In this document: positions 56,834-64,000 of the stretch, piece by piece | How the letters are laid out: every line of letters begins with the position of its first letter | Position numbering within the stretch: position 1 is the stretch's first letter | Origin: Eledone cirrhosa | Lineage: Eukaryota | Direction: 5' to 3' | Length of the DNA: 64,000 nucleotides | NCBI GenBank assembly: GCA_964016885.1 | Contig: OZ024742.1 | Coordinates: 320,850,001-320,914,000 of the forward strand | The notes under the pieces: generated by a model | The model's database searches: none | Told to the model about the DNA's origin: nothing | What the model saw: only the letters and a program-made list of their open reading frames with translations | Program-made: the position numbers and the translations under genes

Positions 56834-59800
56834 ATCAATTGAGAGTTGGCTGTTTGAACGCGCGTGGCCTGGGCTCAGCTTGGAAGCAAGCAAAGCTTCT
56901 AAGTGACCTCAGGTCACAAAGTATAGATGTGATGGTTGTTTGCGAGAGTCGGATCAGCAGCGTGAGACAGCTGGCGCCCGCCTTCGATGACTTTGAGATG
57001 CACGCATCTCTCTGTCAACCCGGAGGCGGGGGGGGCGGGAGTTGCCGTACTGCTGGATAAACGTCTGACTCTCGACGTACAGATTGTTCACTCGGACCCG
57101 GGGGGTCGATTACTGGTGCTGGACGTCGGAGGCGGTGAAGGCGGGGCCTTCAGACTGGTCGGTCTTTATGCTCCCTTCGGGGCGGAAAGAGCCGACTTCT
57201 TCCAGCGTCTGGAGACTTTTCTAGGAACGTCGCGTTCCCTGCTTTTAGTGAGGGACTGGAATGGAATCCTAGATGCGCGTTGGGACTATGCAGGGGCATG
57301 TCCCGATAGAGGGGGGTGTAGCAGCCTCAAGGGGTTACTCGATCGATTCGACCTGGTCGATAGATTTCGACTAGATTGTCCAACTGCGCCAACCTGGACC
57401 TGGGCAAACCGCAGTGGACAATCTAGATCGTACCTAGATAGGTTTTTGGTTAGGAATAAGGATAGGGACGTATTTAGTTGTCCAGAACTGATCATGGTTG
57501 GCTATTCAGATCACAAATTAGTGACCTGCGTGGTCAACCTTGATAGAACGCATAGACAGGGTCCCGGTTACTGGAAGATGAACTTGTCCTTACCGACAAA
57601 GAAAGATTACAGAAACCGGATTAGTAGCTTAGTTAAGATGCGGTTGACGGGAGCGATCGTCAACAGTAGGTGGTGGATATCTCTAAAGAGAGAGATTAGA
57701 GTAAGTTCGATAGGTTACAGTAAGGAACTAGCGGCGAATAGAAATAGGAGGGAAAGGGAGTTAACAGATAAACTAGAAGAGGCGATTAGGAGCGGAGACG
57801 TAGCCAGAGTGTTAGCGACGAGAACGGCATTGAGCCAGTTCTTTGACGCGAAGCACGAAGGCTGCGTTGTCCGAAGTAAAATACGTGCTTTAGGAAACGA
57901 GGGGACCAAAGCTGTTAGCTGGGCCCGCGTGACAGAAGCCAAGAGTGGGATTAAATCCACCATTCGGTCTTTGCGAGACCAGGATGGACGGGTGATCCTT
58001 GAACCTGAGCGAATGTGCGAGACCTTTCAAAGGCACTTTGCTCGACTGTTCGGAGGTGGCGGGGGGCCGGACGGGGATGTGGACTTCGGTCCATACCTCG
58101 ACGGTCTACCGCGTCTTTCGAGCGGCGAAGCGGAGTGCTGCGAAAGGCCAATCACAGCCACTGAAATCGGGGAAGCGCTCAGCCAATGCAGCAGACGCAA
58201 ATCCCCGGGTCTCGATGGTCTACCATACGAACTTTATTTAGCTATGCCGGTCTTGTTCTCCGAACTCCTCAAGGCTGTCTATTGCAACTGGCAACAGAAC
58301 GGGAGAATTCCCTGTTCTGTGACCAAGGGCGTGGTCACGCTAGTGAGGAAGGACGAGAGCAAGGGGGACGACTTAAGTAACTTTAGGCCCATAACTCTGC
58401 TGAATGCAGAGTTACAGATTTTGGCCAAGGTGTTGGCGAAGAGGTTGGCGCTTGTGGTGGGTGGTTTGGTGGGAGACGCGCAGACATGCGCTATCCCGTC
58501 CAGGTCCATTCACGACAACCTCCACCTCATGCGATACATCATAGAGAGGGTTGGCTACGAACCCGGCTTTGGTGGGGCCCTGATCAACTTGGATCAATCT
58601 AAGGCGTTCGATAGGGTCGACCATGGTTACCTGGATGCGGTGCTAGCGGCGGCGGGCTTCGGACCCGTTTTCAGGGGCTGGATTTCTGCCATGCACAGTG
58701 GCAACATCTACTCTAGGATTAAAGTAAACGGCTACCTCTCGGAGCCGTTTCAAATCACCCGATCCATCAGACAGGGGTGCCCCCTCTCCTCCCTTCTGTA
58801 CGTATTGACTCTCGAGCCACTGCTGCGGAAGTTGGAGTTGCTGCGGGGCATACCCCTGGAACCGGGATTGCACAAAGCGGTCTCGGCCTATGCCGACGAC
58901 GTAACAGTAATGGTGGCGGACGCCTCGGAAATCGGGGCGATCGCCACCCTACTGGAGGAATACGAAAGGCTGACGGGGGCTAAGCTGAACCAGGACAAGT
59001 CAGTCGGTTTGCAACTCGGAACGTGGAGGGGCAAACCGATGCCGTTAGACGGTGTCGTCGGGCGGTGGACGGAGGGCCCGGTGAAGCTGCTCGGGGTCTG
59101 GTTCGGACCGGACCTCCAGGTGGAGAAGAATTGGGGCGAGGTGACGAGCAGGGTGTTTGCGCTGACCCAGAAGTGGGCCAAGTGCAAACTATCACTGAAA
59201 GGTCGGGCGGAGGTGACGAACGCTTACATAGCGTCCGTCATCTACTACCGCCTGACCGTCGTGCCTTGCCCCAAGGAAAAGCTCACCATCATGGAACGCA
59301 TGCTCTTCCAGTTCCTCTGGAAGAAGCGGCCTCCCATGGTGAGGAGATCCATCTGCTGCCAGCACCCTTCGAAAGGAGGGCTGGGTATGCCGTGGCTGTT
59401 GATGCGTAGGCACGCATTGAGGCTACGGCATCTACAGGTATTCCTCAACGGTCAGCCGGTGTGGGCCCCGTTTGTGAGGCGAGCCTTCCCACAGCTCGTC
59501 TCGCTCACCGAACTGCAATCCTGGGTGAAGCAAAGACCGAGAAAACTGGGCAACTGGCACACCGAGTGTGCCCAGGCGCTCACGGCTATCTGGCAAGCGG
59601 ACCCGACTGTCAGTGGAGAATCCACCTCGACATTCTATAGAGGGTTGGTGGCTAGCAGGGGCGACGACACCCTTGGAGAGTCGCTAGGCATGGAGGAGGA
59701 CGAACTGGCCAGCCTGTTCGGTAGAACTTTCGGCCCGGGACCCATGGACAACTTCCAGAGGTCCCTAGCCTGGCAGTGTTACCGGGGGGCTCTGCCCGTT

Positions 59801-60271
59801 CGAGAAAAGCTCTACAGACACGGGCGCCCGGGCAGGGATCCCGCGAAAAAGATCTGTCCCAGATGCGTGCGCGACGAGGAAACCGTTGCGCATGCACTGG
59901 TACACTGCCCGGGCGTTGCCGATCTGTGGGGCTACGTCGAACGACTGCTGTCGCGTGTGGCGCCGATTCGATTAACCGCCGAGTCTGTGGTGAACATCAA
60001 GCCGCCTCCTCCCTTCAGAAATGAAGCAGAGGCGGTCTTTCTGTGCGTAATAGCCATGATGAAAGAGGTTGTGTGGTGGACGCGCCTGAAAGGTCTGAGG
60101 TCGGGTGACTTTCTCTCCGGCCATCACCTGGTTTACTTCTTCCGATACCACTTCGGAAGAAGAATCAGGATGGAGAGAGAAGTGCTTGGTCCCAGACAGT
60201 TTTATGAAAGGTGGGTGAAAGAAGCGAGAATGGCCCGTGTAAATGGGCCTTCTCTCTACATTGTTCTGTAG
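56830..60271 (+). pseudogene. LINE ORF2 (APE endonuclease, RT, C-terminal Cys/His motif) with one +1 frameshift
   Basis: LRVGCLNARG, LYAP, SYLDR, YSDHK, KSPGLDG, KAFDRVDH, QGCPLS, AYADD, CPRC..ET..HAL..C. Extra G in the G8 run 57028-57035. Probable start codon reads ATA at 56830. Confidence 0.9.
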
Positions 60272-60502
60272 GTGAAGAAGTGAAGAGGAAAGGGGGAGCG
60301 CCTCCTCTCTGGGCTTCCCCCGCGAAAAGAGTTGCACACTTTTCGGGGGTATGTGCAATCCCCAACACGCCCCCTCCCTTTTGAGGACTTTTTATTGTTA
60401 TATTATTATTGTTATTCCTTTTTTCTTTACTCGATTTATGTAAACTCCCCCACTGTGTAAATGTCCCCTTCTTTTGTGCCCTCGTGGCAAATAAATAGAA
60501 AT

Positions 60503-60564
<62 letters not shown>

Positions 60565-63501
60565 GTCCCGCTCCTTGCTATTAGTGGAGAACTGGAATGG
60601 TATCCTAGATGCACGTTGGGACTACGTAGGGGCCTGTGCCGATAGAGAGGGGTGTAATAGCCTCAAAGGGTTAATCGGTCGATTTGACCTGGCCGATAGA
60701 TATCGACTAGATTTTCCGACTGCGCCAACCTGGACTTGGGCAAACCGTAGCGAATCATCTAGGTTGTACTTAGATAGGTTCTTAGTTAGAAATAAGGATA
60801 AGGACTTTTTAAGTTGTCAAAAAATGCGCATGGTTGGCTATTCAGACCACAAGTTAGTGACCTGCATGGTCAACCTTGACAGAACGCATAGACAGGGACC
60901 CGGTTACTGGAAGCTCAACGTGTCCTTACTGGCAAGTAAGGCTTACAGGGACCGGATTAGCACTTTAGTTAAGGAGCGGTTGACGGGCGCCATCGTGGTG
61001 GGGATCTCTCAAAAGAGAGATTAGAGTAGTCTCTATAGAATTTAGTAAGGAGTTAGCCTCAAATAGAAATAGGAAAGAAAGGGAGTTGGTAGATAGTGTA
61101 GAAGAGACAATTAGAAGCGGCGACGTGGCCAGAGTGCTAGCGTCGAGAACGGCCCTGGGCCAGTTCTTCGACGCGAAACACGAAGGCTACATCGTCCGAA
61201 GCAAAATACGTGCTCTGGGAAACGAGAGGACCAAAGCTGTTAGCTGGGCCCGCGTGACAGAAACCAAAAGAGGGAGTAGATCCACTATCCGGTCTTTGCG
61301 AGATCAGGATGGACGGGTGATCCTTGAACCTAAGCAGATGTGCGAGGCTTTTCAAAAGCACTTTGCCAGATTGTTCGGAAGGGGCGGGGAGCTGGTTGAA
61401 GGAGTGGACTTCGGTCCATACCTCGATGGCCTGCCGCGTCTCTCGGACAGGGAGGCGAAGTCCTGCGAGGAGCCGATTTCAGCCGCTGAGATAGAGGACG
61501 TGCTGAGCCAATGCGGCAAACGCAAATCCCCGGGTCTCGATGGTCTTCCATACGAAATATATCTAGCTATGCTGGACTTGTTCCCCGATCTCCTCGAGGC
61601 GGTCTACTGCAACTGGCAACAGAACGGGAGAATTCCCTGTGCTGTGACCAAGGGCGTAGTCACGCTAGTGAGGAAGGACGAGAACAAGGGGGACGATATA
61701 AATAATTTCAGGCCCATAACTCTGCTAAATACAGAGTTACAGATTTTGGCCAAGGTGCTAGCAAAGAGGTTGGCGCTCGTCGTGGGAAACCTGGTGGGAG
61801 ATGCGCAGACATGTGCTATCCCGTCCAGGTCCATCCACGACAACGTCCACCTCATGTGATACATCATAGAGAGGGTTGGGAACGAACCCGGCTTTGGTGG
61901 GGCCCTGATCAACTTGGATCAATCTAAGGCGTTCGATAGGGTCGACCATGGTTACCTGGATGCGGTGCTAGCGGCGGCAGGCTTCGGACCCGTTTTCAGG
62001 GGCTGGATCAATGCCATGCACAGCAGCCGCATCTGCTCTAGGGTCAAGGTGAATGGCTACCTCTCGGAGCCGTTCGAAATCGCGCGGTCCATCCGACAAG
62101 GGTGCCCTCTCTCCTCCCTTCTGTATGTAATGACTCTAGAGCCACTGCTGCGGAAGTTGGAGTTGTTGCATGGCATTCTGTTGGAACCGGGATTGCGGAA
62201 AGTGGTGTCCGCCTACGCCGATTACGTAACAGTGATGGTGTCGGCGGCCTCGGAAATCGGGGCGATCGGCACCTTACTGGAGGAGTAAGAAAGGTTTACA
62301 GGGGCTAAGCTGAACCGGGACAAATCGATCGGTCTGCAACTCGGCACGTGGAGGGGCAGATCGATGCCCTCCGATGGCGTCGTCGGGCGCTGGACGGAGG
62401 GCCCGGTGAAGTTGCTCGGGGTCTGGTTCGGACCAGACCTCCAGGTGGAGAAGAACTGGGGTGAGGTAACGAACAGGGTGTTTGCACTGACCCAGAAGTG
62501 GGCCGAGTGCAAACTGTCCCTGAAAGGTCGGGCGGAGGTGGCGAACACTTATATAGCGTCGGTCATCTACTACCGCCTGACAGTTGTGCCTTGCCCAAGG
62601 GAAACGCTCGCCAAAATGGATCGCGCACTCTTCCAATTCCTTTGGAAGAGGCGGGCTCCTATGGTGAGGAGATCCATCTGCTGTCAACACCCTTCGAAAG
62701 GAGGGCTGGGGATGCCGTGACTAATGATGCGTAAACACGCATTAAGGCTATGGCACCTCCATGTATTCCTCACCGGTCAACAGGTGTGGGCCCCGTTTGT
62801 GAGGCGAGCCTTTCCCAGACTCGTCTCGCTCACCGAGCTGCAATCCTGAGTCAAGCAAAGACCGAGAAAACTGGGCGCCTGGCACACCGAGTGTGCCCAG
62901 GCGCTCACGGCTCTCTGGCAGGCGGACCCGGCTGTCAGTGGAGAATCCACCTCGTCATTCTATAGAGGGCTGGTGGTTAGCAGGTGCGACGACGCCCTTG
63001 GAGAAGACCTAGGCATGGAGGAAGACGAACTGGCCAACCTGTTCGGTAGGACATTTAGCCCGGGAGCCACGGATAACTTCCAGAGGCCCTGGCCTGGCAG
63101 TGCTACCGAGGGGCTCTGCCCGTTCGAGAAAGGCTCTACAGACACGGGCGCCCGGGTAGGGACCCCTCGAAAAAGATCTGTCCCAGATGCGTGTGCGACG
63201 AGGAAACCGTTGCACACGCATTGGTACACTGCTCGGGCATTGCCTATCTGTGTGGCTATGTCGAACAACTGCTGTCAAGGGTGGGACCGATCCGGTTGAC
63301 CACCGAGTCTATTGTAACGATCAAGCCGCCTCCCCTCTTCAAAAACGAAGGAGAGGCGGTATTTCTGTGCGTAATAGCCATGGCGAAAGAGGTTGTATGG
63401 TGGACGCGTCTGAAAGGACTGAGGTCAGACACCTTTCTCTCTGGCCAACAACTGGTCCGTTTCTTCCGATATCATTTCGGAAGAAGGATCAGGATGGAGA
63501 G

Positions 63502-63503
<2 letters not shown>
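60565..63503 (+). mobile_element. Second tandem Tx1-clade copy: 5'-truncated, decayed, 3' end lost at (GT)n
   Basis: ORF2 fragments at 60565, 61086, 61914, 62364 and 63191 are colinear with 57230-60180; multiple stops. Confidence 0.92.
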
Positions 63504-63583
<80 letters not shown>

Positions 63584-63715
63584 CTCGGGTTCAATCAGGG
63601 TAACCACAGTATGTAAGGTACTCAATACATAGTATATAAATATTTAATATATATCAGGGCTTTCCTGATTGATTTCCTTCGAATGAAACAGTTCTAGTCC
63701 CGCATAAGCCACTTC

Positions 63716-63722
<7 letters not shown>
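63584..63722. mobile_element. Fold-back copy of the 23.8-kb HHR family with a degenerate hammerhead at 63658-63710 (+)
   Basis: GGCTTTC-CTGATTGA..GAAT-GAAA-CAGTTCTAGT..AAGCC, plus the inverted tail GGTACTCAATAC. Confidence 0.6.
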
Positions 63723-63808
<86 letters not shown>

Positions 63809-64000
63809 TTGGAAAATGTGTGAGATCCTTGGTACAGTTAGGTATATTTGAAAATAATCTATTAATATTATAATATTATATTATAACATTAAATCATAGA
63901 ATTTTTTAACACAACAGTACAAGTGAAGTCATTCTTTTCCTTTTTTTTCAAATATATATATGTTTATCTATTTCTCTATAACCCTATTTATTTCTATCTG

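Larger units (their letters stand above)
54798..60503 (+). mobile_element. Near full-length Tx1/L1-clade non-LTR retrotransposon
   Basis: 5' UTR, ORF1, ORF2 and 3' UTR with AATAAA. (TATC)n on both flanks. Confidence 0.95.

Overview
Eukaryotic, extremely microsatellite-rich, apparently gene-free window. The SINE types and (TA)n density suggest an octopus-like cephalopod, which is an inference. No host protein-coding exon is supported. Contents: (1) an ~8.85 kb 17/16-bp satellite with higher-order structure; (2) an ~4.9 kb 29-bp satellite that has expanded inside the tRNA-like head (Pol III A box) of a SINE; (3) four Tx1/L1-clade LINE copies associated with (TATC)n, one near full length; (4) RTE-type LINE fragments, tRNA-SINEs, a hAT MITE, a Tc1/mariner MITE and a small Helitron. 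The most interesting component is about 20 small non-coding elements from several families, sitting in (TA)n tracts. About a dozen carry type I hammerhead ribozyme (HHR) motifs that can be folded by eye (CUGANGA / GAAA / NUH with complementary stem I). Two families occur as circularly permuted, terminally redundant ~430-520 nt monomers, and many copies have fold-back inverted arms and a shared TTGAGTRC motif. This looks like a diverse set of retrozyme / Penelope-pLTR-like ribozyme retroelements that target (TA)n. All folding was done manually and boundaries are approximate.
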